NCBI RefSeq assembly: GCF_964355755.1
Contig: NC_092675.1
Coordinates: 12,767,812-12,831,811, forward strand
Length of the DNA stretch: 64,000 nt
Reading direction: 5' to 3'
Origin: Antedon mediterranea
Lineage: Eukaryota > Animalia > Echinodermata
Made by a program: the position numbers and the translations under genes. Below are positions 1 through 11,984 of the stretch, piece by piece (the first letter of the stretch is position 1; every line of letters starts with the position of its first letter). The notes below the pieces were generated by a model. That model did no database searches and was not told the origin of the DNA. It worked only from the letters and a program-made list of their open reading frames with translations.

Positions 1-144
1 GAAAAAACTTATCAACATAAAAACACCAAAGGGTTTAGAATAGCTTCATTTGGAGACGTTTTAGACCATTTTGTGATTTTGAAAAAACTTGTTAACATAA
101 AAACACCAAAGTGCTTAGAATAGCTTCAAATCGCATTTGGAGAC

Positions 145-232
145 GTTTTAGACCATTTTGTGATTTTCGAAAAAACTTGTTAACATAAAAACACCAAAGT
201 GCTTAGAATAGCTTCAAATCGTATTTGGAGAC
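145..232 (+). repeat. Example of monomer class A (88 bp)
   Basis: Consensus is gttttagaccattttgtgattttcgaaaaaacttgttaacataaaaacaccaaagtgcttagaatagcttcaaatcgcatttggagac; this copy has cgt for cgc. Monomer starts at 145 and 233 are 88 bp apart. Confidence 0.95.
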
Positions 233-310
233 GTTTTAGACCATTTTGAGATTTTCGAAAAAACTTGGTTACACAAAAACATCAAAGTGCTTAAAATCAC
301 ATTATAAACC
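233..310 (+). repeat. Example of monomer class B (78 bp)
   Basis: Ends in gtgcttaaaatcacattataaacc. Monomer starts at 233 and 311 are 78 bp apart. Three 5' versions are seen: gagattttcgaaaaaacttggttacac, gtgcatttcgatgaaacttg(g/a)ttacac and an A-like 5' end. Confidence 0.93.
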
Positions 311-397
311 GTTTTAGACCATTTTGAACATTTCGATAACACTTTTCACACAAAAACATCAAAGAGCACAAAATAGCTTAATATCGTATTTAAAAAC
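311..397 (+). repeat. Example of monomer class C (87 bp)
   Basis: Contains cgataacacttttcacacaaaaacatcaaagagcacaaaatagcttaatatcgtatttaaaaac. Monomer starts at 311 and 398 are 87 bp apart. Confidence 0.93.
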
Positions 398-484
398 GTT
401 TTAGACCATTTTGAGCATTTCGACAAAACTTTTTCACACAAAACACCAAAGTGCTTAGAATAGCTTCAAATCGCATTTGGAGAC
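398..484 (+). repeat. Example of monomer class D (87 bp)
   Basis: C-like 5' part (gagcatttcgacaaaactttttcacacaaaa) joined to an A-identical 3' part (caccaaagtgcttagaatagcttcaaatcgcatttggagac). Monomer starts at 398 and 485 are 87 bp apart. Confidence 0.93.
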
Positions 485-3400
485 GTTTTAGACCAATTTG
501 TGATTTTCGAAAAAACTTTTTAACATAAAAACACCAAAGTGCTTAGAATAGCTTCAAATCACATTTGGAGACGTTTTAGACCATTTTGTGATTTTCGAAA
601 AAACTTGTTAACATAAAAACACGAAAGTGCTTAGAATAGCTTCAAATCGCATTTGGAAACGTTTTAGACCATTTTGTGATTTTCGAAAAAAATTGTTAAC
701 TTAAAAACACCAAAGTGCTTAGAATCACATTATAAACCGTTTTAGACCATTTTGAGCATTTCGATAACAATTTTCACACAAAAACATCAAAGAGCACAAA
801 ATAGCTTAATATCGTATTTAAAAATGTTTTAGACCATTTTGAGCATTTAGATAAAACTTTTTCACACAAAACACCAAAGTGCTTAGAATAGCTTCAAATC
901 GCATTTGGAGACGTTTTAGACCATTTTGTGATTTTTGAAAAAACTTGTTAACATAAAAACACCAAAGTGTTAGAATAGCTTCAAATCACATTTGGAGACG
1001 TTTCAGACCATTTTGTGATTTTCGAAAAAACTTGTTAACATAAAAACACGAAAGTGCTTAGAATAGCTTCAAATCGAATTTGGAAACGTTTTAGACCATT
1101 TTGTGATTTTCGAAAAAACTTGTTAACATAAAAACACGAAAGTGCTTAGAATAGCTTCAAATCGCATTTGGAAACGTTTTAGACCATTTTGTGATTTTCG
1201 AAAAAAATTGTTAACATAAAAACACCAAAGTGTTTAGAATAGCTTCAAATCGCATTTGGAGACGTTTTAGACCAATTTGTGATTTTCGAAAAAACTTATC
1301 AACATAAAAACACCAAATCGCATTTGGAGACGTTTTAGACCATTTTGTGATTTTGAAAAAACTTGTTAACATAAAAACACCAAAGTGCTTAGAATAGCTT
1401 CAAATCGCATTTGGAGACGTTTTAGACCATTTTGTGATTTTCGAAAAAACTTGTTAACATAAAAACACCAAAGTGCTTAGAATAGCTTCAAATCGTATTT
1501 GGAGACGTTTTAGACCATTTTGAGATTTTCGAAAAAACTTGGTTACACAAAAACATCAAAGTGCTTAAAATCACATTATAAACCGTTTTAGACCATTTTG
1601 AGAATTTCGATAACACTTTTCACACAAAAACATCAAAGAGCACAAAATAGCTTAATATCGTATTTAAAAACGTTTTAGACCATTTTGAGCATTTCGACAA
1701 AACTTTTTCACACAAAACACCAAAGTGCTTAGAATAGCTTCAAATCGCATTTGGAGACGTTTTAGACCAATTTGTGCATTTCGATGAAACTTGATTACAC
1801 AAAAACATCAAAGTGCTTAAAATCACATTATAAACCGTTTTAGACCATTTTGAGCATTTCGATAACACTTTTCACACAAAAACATCAAAGAGCACAAAAT
1901 AGCTTAATATCGTATTTAAAAACGTTTTAGACCATTTTGAGCATTTAGACAAAACTTTTTCACACAAAACACCAAAGTGCTTAGAATAGCTTCAAATCGC
2001 ATTTGGAGACGTTTTAGACCATTTTGTGATTTTCGAAAAAACTTGTTAACATAAAAACATCAAAGTGTACAGAATAACTTCAAATCGCATTTGGAGACCG
2101 TTTTAGGCCAATTTGTGATTTTCGAAAAAACTTGTTAACCTAAAAATATCAAAGTGTTTAGAATAGCTTCAAATCGCATTTGGAGACGTTTTAGACCATT
2201 TTGTGATTTTCGAAAAAACTTGTTAACATAAAAACACCAAAGTGCTTCAAATCGCATTTGGAGACATTTTAGACCAATTTGTGATTTTTGAAAAAACTTG
2301 TTAACATAAAAACACCAAAGTGCTTACAATAGCTTCAAATCGTTTTTGGAGACGTTTTAGACCATTTTGTGATTTTGAACAAACTTGTTAACATAAAAAC
2401 ACCAAAGTGCTTAGAATAGCTTCAAATCGTATTTGGAGACGTTTTAGACCATTTTGAGATTTTCGAAAAAACTTGGTTACACAAAAACATCAAAGTGCTT
2501 AAAATCACATTATAAACCGTTTTAGACCATTTTGAGCATTTCGATAACACTTTTCACACAAAAACATCAAAGAGCACAAAATAGCTTAATATCGTAGACC
2601 ATTTTGTGCATTTCGATGAAACTTGGTTACACAAAAACATCAAAGTGCTTAAAATCACATTATAAATCGTTTTAGACCATTTTGAGCATTTCGACAAAAC
2701 TTTTTCACACAAAATACCAAAGTGCTTAGAATAGCTTCAAATCGCATTTGGAGACGTTTTAGACCATTTTGTGATTTTCGAAAAAACTTTTTAACATAAA
2801 AACACCAAAGTGCTTAGAATAGCTTCAAATCACATTTGGAGACATTTTAGACCATAAGTGCTTAGAATCACATTATAAACCGTTTTAGACCATTTTGAGC
2901 ATTTCGATAACAATTTTCACACAAAAACATCAAAGAGCACAAAATAGCTTAATATCGTATTTAAAAATGTTTTAGACCATTTTGAGCATTTAGATAAAAC
3001 TTTTTCACACAAAACACCAAAGTGCTTAGAATAGCTTCAAATCGCATTTGGAGACGTTTTAGACCATTTTGTGCATTTCGATGAAACTTGGTTACACAAA
3101 AACATCAAAGTGCTTAAAATCACATTATAAATCGTTTTAGACCATTTTGAGCATTTCGACAAAACTTTTTCACACAAAATACCAAAGTGCTTAGAATAGC
3201 TTCAAATCGCATTTGGAGACGTTTTAGACCATTTTGTGATTTTCGAAAAAACTTTTTAACATAAAAACACCAAAGTGCTTAGAATAGCTTCAAATCACAT
3301 TTGGAGACATTTTAGACCATTTTGTGATTTTCGAAAAAACTTGTTAACATAAAAACACGAAAGTGCTTAGAATAGCTTCAAATCGCATTTGGAAACGTTT

Positions 3401-6400
3401 TAGACCATTTTGTGATTTTCCAAAAAAATTGTTAACATAAAAACACCAAAGTGCTTAGAATCACATTATAAACCGTTTTAGACCATTTTGAGCATTTCGA
3501 TAACAATTTTCACACAAAAACATCAAAGAGCACAAAATAGCTTAATATCGTATTTAAAAATGTTTTAGACCATTTTGAGCATTTAGATAAAACTTTTTCA
3601 CACAAAACACCAAAGTGCTTAGAATAGCTTCAAATCGCATTTGGAGACGTTTTAGACCATTTTGTGAATTTTGAAAAAACTTGTTAACATAAAAACACCA
3701 AAGTGCTTAGAATAGCTTCAAATCACATTTGGAGACGTTTTAGACCATTTTGTGATTTTCGAAAAAACTTGTTAACATAAAAACACGAAAGTGCTTAGAA
3801 TAGCTTCAAATCGCATTTGGAAACGTTTTAGACCATTTTGTGATTTTCGAAAAAACTTGTTAACATAAAAACACGAAAGTGCTTAGAATAGCTTCAAATC
3901 GCATTTGGAAACGTTTTAGACCATTTTGTGATTTTCGAAAAAACTTGTTAACATAAAAACACGAAAGTGCTTAGAATAGCTTCAAATCGCATTTGGAAAC
4001 GTTTTAGACCATTTTGTGATTTTCGAAAAAAATTGTTAACATAAAAACACCAAAGTGTTTAGAATAGCTTCAAATCGCATTTGGAGACGTTTTAGACCAA
4101 TTTGTGATTTTCGAAAAAACTTATCAACATAAAAACACCAAAGGGTTTAGAATAGCTTCAAATCGCATTTGGAGACGTTTTAGACCATTTTGTGATTTTG
4201 AAAAAACTTGTTAACATAAAAACACCAAAGTGCTTAGAATAGCTTCAAATCGCATTTGGAGACGTTTTAGACCATTTTGTGATTTTCGAAAAAACTTGTT
4301 AACATAAAAACACCAAAGTGCTTAGAATAGCTTCAAATCGTATTTGGAGACGTTTTAGACCATTTTGAGATTTTCGAAAAAACTTGGTTACACAAAAACA
4401 TCAAAGTGCTTAAAATCACATTATAAACCGTTTTAGACCATTTTGAGCATTTCGGTAACACTTTTCACACAAAAACATCAAAGAGCACAAAATAGCTTAA
4501 TATCGTATTTAAAAACGTTTTAGACCATTTTGAGCATATAGACAAAACTTTTTCACACAAAACACCAAAGTGCTTAGAATAGCTTCAAATCGCATTTGGA
4601 GACGTTTTAGACCATTTTGTGCATTTCGATGAAACTTGGTTACACAAAAACATCAAAGTGCTTAAAATCACATTATAAATCGTTTTAGACCATTTTGAGC
4701 ATTTCGACAAAACTTTTTCACACAAAATACCAAAGTGCTTAGAATAGCTTCAAATCGCATTTGGAGACGTTTTAGACCATTTTGTGATTTTCGAAAAAAC
4801 TTTTTAACATAAAAACACCAAAGTGCTTAGAATAGCTTCAAATCACATTTGGAGACGTTTTAGACCATAAGTGCTTAGAATCACATTATAAACCGTTTTA
4901 GACCATTTTGAGCATTTCGATAACAATTTTCACACAAAAACATCAAAGAGCACAAAATAGCTTAATATCGTATTTAAAAATGTTTTAGACCATTTTGAGC
5001 ATTTAGATAAAACTTTTTCACACAAAACACCAAAGTGCTTAGAATAGCTTCAAATCGCATTTGGAGACGTTTTAGACCATTTTGTGATTTTTGAAAAAAC
5101 TTGTTAACATAAAAACACCAAAGTGCTTAGAATAGCTTCAAATCACATTTGGAGACGTTTTAGACCATTTTGTGATTTTCGAAAAAACTTGTTAACATAA
5201 AAACACGAAAGTGCTTAGAATAGCTTCAAATCGCATTTGGAAACGTTTTAGACCATTTAGTGATTTTCGAAAAAACTTGTTAACATAAAAACACGAAAGT
5301 GCTTAGAATAGCTTCAAATTGCATTTGGAAACGTTTTAGACCATTTTGTGATTTTCGAAAAAAATTGTTAACATAAAAACACCAATGTGCTTAGAATCAC
5401 ATTATAAACCGTTTTAGACCATTTTGAGCATTTCGATAACAATTTTCACACAAAAACATCAAAGAGCACAAAATAACTTAATATCGTATTTATAAATGTT
5501 TTAGACCATTTTGAGCATTTCGACAAAACTTTTTCACACAAAACACCAAAGTGCTTAGAATAGCTTCAAATCGCATTTGGAGACGTTTTAGACCATTTTG
5601 TGATTTCGATGAAACTTGATTACACAAAAACATCAAAGTGCTTAAAATCACATTATAAACCGTTTTAGACCATTTTGAGCATTTCGATAACACTTTTCAC
5701 ACAAAAACATCAAAGAGCAAAAAATAGCTTAATATCGTATTTAAAAACGTTTTAGACCATTTTGAGCATTTAGACAAAACTTTTTCACACAAAACACCAA
5801 AGTGCTTAGAATAGCTTCAAATTGCATTTGGAGACGTTTTAGAACATTTTGTGTTTTTCGAAAAAAACTGTTAACATAAAAACACCAAAGTGCTTAGAAT
5901 AGCTTCAAATCGCATTTGGAGACGTTTTAGAACATTTTGTGTTCTTCGAAAAAACCTGTTAACATAAAAACACCAAAGTGCTTAGAATAGCTTCAAATCG
6001 CATTTGGAGACGTTTTAGACCATTTTGTGATTTTTGAAAAAACTTGTTAACATAAAAACACCAAAGTGCTTAGAATAGCTTCAAATCACATTTGGAGACG
6101 TTTTAGACCATTTTGTGATTTTCGAAAAAACTTGTTAACATAAAAACACGAAAGTGCTTAGAATAGCTTCAAATCGCATTTGGAAACGTTTTAGACCATT
6201 TTGTGATTTTCGAAAAAGATTGTTAACATAAAAACACCAAAGTGCTTAGAATCACAATATAAACCGTTTTAGACCATTTTGAGCATTTCGATAACAATTT
6301 TCACACAAAAACATCAAAGAGCACAAAATAGCTTAATATCGTATTTAAAAATGTTTTAGACCATTTTGAGCATTTAGATAAAATTTTTCACACAAAACAC

Positions 6401-9400
6401 CAAAGTGCTTAGAATAGCTTTAAATCGCATTTGGAGACGGTTTAGACCATTTTGTGATTTTGAAAAAACTTGTTAACATAAAAACACCAAAGTGCTTAGA
6501 ATAGCTTCAAATCGTATTTGGAGACGTTTTAGACCATTTTGAGATTTTCGAAAAAACTTGGTACACAAAAACATCAAAGTGCTTAAAATCACATTATAAA
6601 CCGTTTTAGACCATTTTGAACATTTCGATAACACTTTTCACACAAAAACATCAAAGAGCACAAAATAGCTTAATATCGTATTTAAAAACGTTTTAGACCA
6701 TTTTGAGCATTTCGACAAAACTTTTTCACACAAAACACCAAAGTGCTTAGAATAGCTTCAAATCGCATTTGGAGACGTTTTAGACCAATTTGTGCATTTC
6801 GATGAAACTTGATTACACAAAAACATCAACGTGCTTAAAATCACATTATAAACCGTTTTAGACCATTTTGAGCATTTCGATAACACTTTTCACACAAAAA
6901 CATCAAAGAGCACAAAATAGCTTAATATCGTATTTAAAAACGTTTTAGACCATTTTGAGCATTTAGACAAAACTTTTTCACACAAAACACCAAAGTGCTT
7001 AGAATAGCTTCAAATCGCATTTGGAGACGTTTTAGACCATTTTGTGCATTTCGATGAAACTTGGTTACACAAAAACATCAAAGTGCTTAAAATCACATTA
7101 TAAATCGTTTTAGACCATTTTGAGCATTTCGACAAAACTTTTTCACACAAAATACCAAAGGGCTTAGAATAGCTTCAAATCGCATTTGGAGACGTTTTAG
7201 ACCATTTTGTGATTTTCGAAAAAACTTTTTAACATAAAAAGACCAAAGTGCTTAGAATAGCTTCAAATCACATTTGGAGACGTTTTAGACCATTTTGTGA
7301 TTTTCGAAAAAACTTGTTAACATAAAAACACGAAAGTGCTTAGAATAGCTTCAAATCGCATTTGGAAACGTTTTAGACCATTTTGTGATTTTCGAAAAAA
7401 ATTGTTAACATAAAAACACCAAAGTGCTTAGAATCACATTATAAACCGTTTTAGACCATTTTGAGCATTTCGATAACAATTTTCACACAAAAACATCAAA
7501 GAGCACAAAATAGCTTAATATCGTATTTAAAAATGTTTTAGACCATTTTGAGCATTTAGATAAAACTTTTTCACACAAAACACCAAAGTGCTTAGAATAG
7601 CTTCAAATCGCATTTGGAGACGTTTTAGACCATTTTGTGATTTTTGAAAAAACTTGTTAACATAAAAACACCAAAGTGCTTAGAATAGCTTCAAATCACA
7701 TTTGGAGACGTTTTAGACCATTTTGTGATTTTCGAAAAAACTTATCAACATAAAAACACCAAAGGGTTTAGAATAGCTTCAAATCGCATTTGGAGACGTT
7801 TTAGACCATTTTGTGATTTTGAAAAAACTTGTTAACATAAAAACACCAAAGTGCTTAGAATAGCTTCAAATCGCATTTGGAGACGTTTTAGACTATTTTG
7901 TGATTTTCGAAAAAACTTGTTAACATAAAAACACCAAAGTGCTTAGAATAGCTTCAAATCGTATTTGGAGACGTTTTAGACCATTTTGAGATTTTCGAAA
8001 AAACTTGGTTACACAAAAACATCAAAGTGCTTAAAATCACATTATAAACCGTTTTAGACCATTTTGAGAATTTCGATAACACTTTTCACACAAAAACATC
8101 AAAGAGCACAAAATAGCTTAATATCGTATTTAAAAACGTTTTAGACCATTTTGAGCATTTCGACAAAACTTTTTCACACAAAACACCAAAGTGCTTAGAA
8201 TAGCTTCAAATCGCATTTGGAGACGTTTTAGACCAAATTGTGCATTTCGATGAAACTTGATTACACAAAAACATCAAAGTGCTTAAAATCACATTATAAA
8301 CCGTTTTAGACCATTTTGAGCATTTCGATAACACTTTTCACACAAAAACATCAAAGAGCACAAAATAGCTTAATATCGTATTTAAAAACGTTTTAGACCA
8401 TTTTGAGCATTTAGACAAAACTTTTTCACACAAAACACCAAAGTGCTTAGAATAGCTTCAAATCGCATTTGGAGACGTTTTAGACCATTTTGTGCATTTC
8501 GATGAAACTTGGTTACACAAAAACATCAAAGTGCTTAAAATCACATTATAAATCGTTTTAGACCATTTTGAGCATTTCGACAAAACTTTTTCACACAAAA
8601 TACCAAAGTGCTTAGAATAGCTTCAAATCGCATTTGGAGACGTTTTAGACCATTTTGTGATTTTCGAAAAAACTTTTTAACATAAAAACACCAAAGTGCT
8701 TAGAATAGCTTCAAATCACATTTGGAGACATTTTAGACCATAAGTGCTTAGAATCACATTATAAACCGTTTTAGACCATTTTGAGCATTTCGATAACAAT
8801 TTTCACACAAAAACATCAAAGAGCACAAAATAGCTTAATATCGTATTTAAAAATGTTTTAGACCATTTTGAGCATTTAGATAAAACTTTTTCACACAAAA
8901 CACCAAAGTGCTTAGAATAGCTTCAAATCGCATTTGGAGACGTTTTAGACCAATTTGTGATTTTTGAAAAAACTTGTTAACATAAAAACACCAAAGTGCT
9001 TAGAATAGCTTCAAATCACATTTGGAGACGTTTTAGACCATTTTGTGATTTTGAACAAACTTGTTAACATAAAAACACCAAAGTGCTTAGAATAGCTTCA
9101 AATCGTATTTGGAGACGTTTTAGACCATTTTGAGATTTTCGAAAAAACTTGGTTACACAAAAACATCAAAGTGCTTAAAATCACATTATAAACCGTTTTA
9201 GACCATTTTGAGCATTTCGATAACACTTTTCACACAAAAACATCAAAGAGCACAAAATAGCTTAATATCGTATTTAAAAACGTTTTAGACCATTTTGAGC
9301 ATCTCGACAAAACTTTTTCACACAAAACACCAAAGTGCTTAGAATAGCTTCAAATCGCATTTGGAGACGTTTTAGACCAATTTGTGCATTTCGATGAAAC

Positions 9401-11984
9401 TTGATTACACAAAAACATCAAAGTGCTTAAAATCACATTATAAACCGTTTTAGACCATTTTGAGCATTTCGATAACACTTTTCACACAAAAACATCAAAG
9501 AGCACAAAATAGCTTAATATCGTATTTAAAAACGTTTTAGACCATTTTGAGCATTTAGACAAAACTTTTTCACACAAAACACCAAAGTGCTTAGAATGGC
9601 TTCAAATCGCATTTGGAGACGTTTTAGACCATTTTGTGCATTTCGATGAAACTTGGTTACACAAAAACATCAAAGTGCTTAAAATCACATTATAAATCGT
9701 TTTAGACCATTTTGAGCATTTCGACAAAACTTTTTCACACAAAATACCAAAGTGCTTAGAATAGCTTCAAATCGCATTTGGAGACGTTTTAGACCATTTT
9801 GTGATTTTCGAAAAAACTTTTTAACATAAAAACACCAAAGTGCTTAGAATAGCTTCAAATCACATTTGGAGACATTTTAGACCATTTTGTGATTTTCGAA
9901 AAAACTTGTTAACATAAAAACACGAAAGTGCTTAGAATAGCTTCAAATCGCATTTGGAAACGTTTTAGACCATTTTGTGATTTTCGAAAAAACTTGTTAA
10001 CATAAAAACACGAAAGTGCTTAGAATAGCTTCAAATCGCATTTGGAAACGTTTTAGACCATTTTGTGATTTTCGAAAAAAATTGTTAACATAAAAACACT
10101 AAAGTGTTTAGAATAGCTTCAAATCGCATTTGGAGACGTTTTAGACCAATTTGTGATTTTCGAAAAAACTTATCAACATAAAAACACCAAAGGGTTTAGA
10201 ATAGCTTCAAATCGCATTTGGAGACGTTTTAGACCATTTTGTGATTTTGAAAAAACTTGTTAACATAAAAACACCAAAGTGCTTAGAATAGCTTCAAATC
10301 GCATTTGGAGACGTTTTAGACCATTTTGTGATTTTCGAAAAAACTTGTTAACATAAAAACACCAAAGTGCTTAGAATAGCTTCAAATCGTATTTGGAGAC
10401 GTTTTAGACCATTTTGAGATTTTCGAAAAAACTTGGTTACACAAAAACATCAAAGTGCTTAAAATCATATTATAAACCGTTTTAGACCATTTTGAGCATT
10501 TCGGTAACACTTTTTACACAAAAACATCAAAGAGCACAAAATAGCTTAATATCGTATTTAAAAACGTTTTAGACCATTTTGAGCATTTAGACAAAACTTT
10601 TTCACACAAAACACCAAAGTGCTTAGAATAGCTTCAAATCGCATTTGGAGACGTTTTAGACCATTTTGTGCATTTCGATGAAACTTGGTTACACAAAAAC
10701 ATCAAAGTGCTTAAAATCACATTATAAATCGTTTTAGACCATTTTGAGCATTTCGACAAAACTTTTTCACACAAAATACCAAAGTGCTTAGAATAGCTTC
10801 AAATCGCATTTGGAGACGTTTTAGACCATTTTGTGATTTTCGAAAAAACTTTTTAACATAAAAACACCAAAGTGCTTAGAATAGCTTCAAATCACATTTG
10901 GAGACGTTTTAGACCATAAGTGCTTAGAATCACATTATAAACCGTTTTAGACCATTTTGAGCATTTCGATAACAATTTTCACACAAAAACATCAAAGAGC
11001 ACAAAATAGCTTAATATCGTATTTAAAAATGTTTTAGACCATTTTGAGCATTTAGATAAAACTTTTTCACACAAAACACCAAAGTGCTTAGAATAGCTTC
11101 AAATCGCATTTGGAGACGTTTTAGACCATTTTGTGATTTTTGAAGAAACTTGTTAACATAAAAACACCAAAGTGCTTAGAATAGCTTCAAATCACATTTG
11201 GAGACGTTTTAGACCATTTTGTGATTTTCGAAAAAACTTGTTAACATAAAAACACGAAAGTGCTTAGAATAGCTTCAAATCGCATTTGGAAACGTTTTAG
11301 ACCATTTAGTGATTTTCGAAAAAACTTGTTAACATAAAAACACGAAAGTGCTTAGAATAGCTTCAAATCGCATTTGGAAACGTTTTAGACCATTTTGTGA
11401 TTTTCGAAAAAAATTGTTAACATAAAAACACCAAAGTGTTTAGAATAGCTTCAAATCGCATTTGGAGACGTTTTAGACCAATTTGTGATTTTCGAAAAAA
11501 CTTATCAACATAAAAACACCAAAGGGTTTAGAATAGCTTCAAATCGCATTTGGAGACGTTTTAGACCATTTTGTGATTTTCGAAAAAACTTGTTAACATA
11601 AAAACATGAAAGTGCTTAGAATAGCTTCAAATCGTATTTGGAGACGTTTTAGACCATTTTGTGATTTCGAAAAAACTTGTTAACATAAAAACACCAATGT
11701 GCTTAGAATAGCTTCAAATCGCATTTTGAGACGTTTTAGACCATTTTGTGCATTTCGATGAAACTTGGTTACACAAAAACATCAAAGTGCTTAAAATCAC
11801 ATTATAAACCGTTTTAGACCATTTTGAGCATTTCGATAACACTTTTCACACAAAAACATCAAAGAGCACAAAATAGCTTAATATCGTATTTAAAAACGTT
11901 TTAGACCATTTTGAGCATTTCGACAAAACTTTTTCACACAAAACACCAAAGTGCTTAGAATAGCTTCAAATCGCATTTGGAGAC

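Larger units (their letters stand above)
233..484 (+). repeat. 252-bp B-C-D triplet higher-order unit (first copy; recurs throughout)
   Basis: 78+87+87 = 252 bp. Often present as consecutive copies, e.g. 1507-2010 and 56634-57390. Confidence 0.9.

Noticed and set aside
145-232. Assignment to a named satellite family (e.g. a faint recollected likeness of gttttagaccattttg to ~91-bp legume centromeric repeats) or a CENP-B box
   Set aside because: The likeness is limited to a short AT-rich stretch recalled from memory and cannot be verified without a search. I saw no NTTCGNNNNANNCGGGN CENP-B box.
290-400. TATA-like (ttataaa) and T-run terminator-like motifs
   Set aside because: These are expected in AT-rich repeats and present in every B/C monomer. 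There is no associated gene or transcript evidence.
5490-5693. Recurrent 67-68 aa minus-strand ORF (also 22374, 30683, 35995, 51645, 55674)
   Set aside because: It is a chance frame through C/B/D monomers opened by a 1-bp deletion (gtgatttcgatg). It has no recognisable domain or gene context and recurs only because the block is duplicated.
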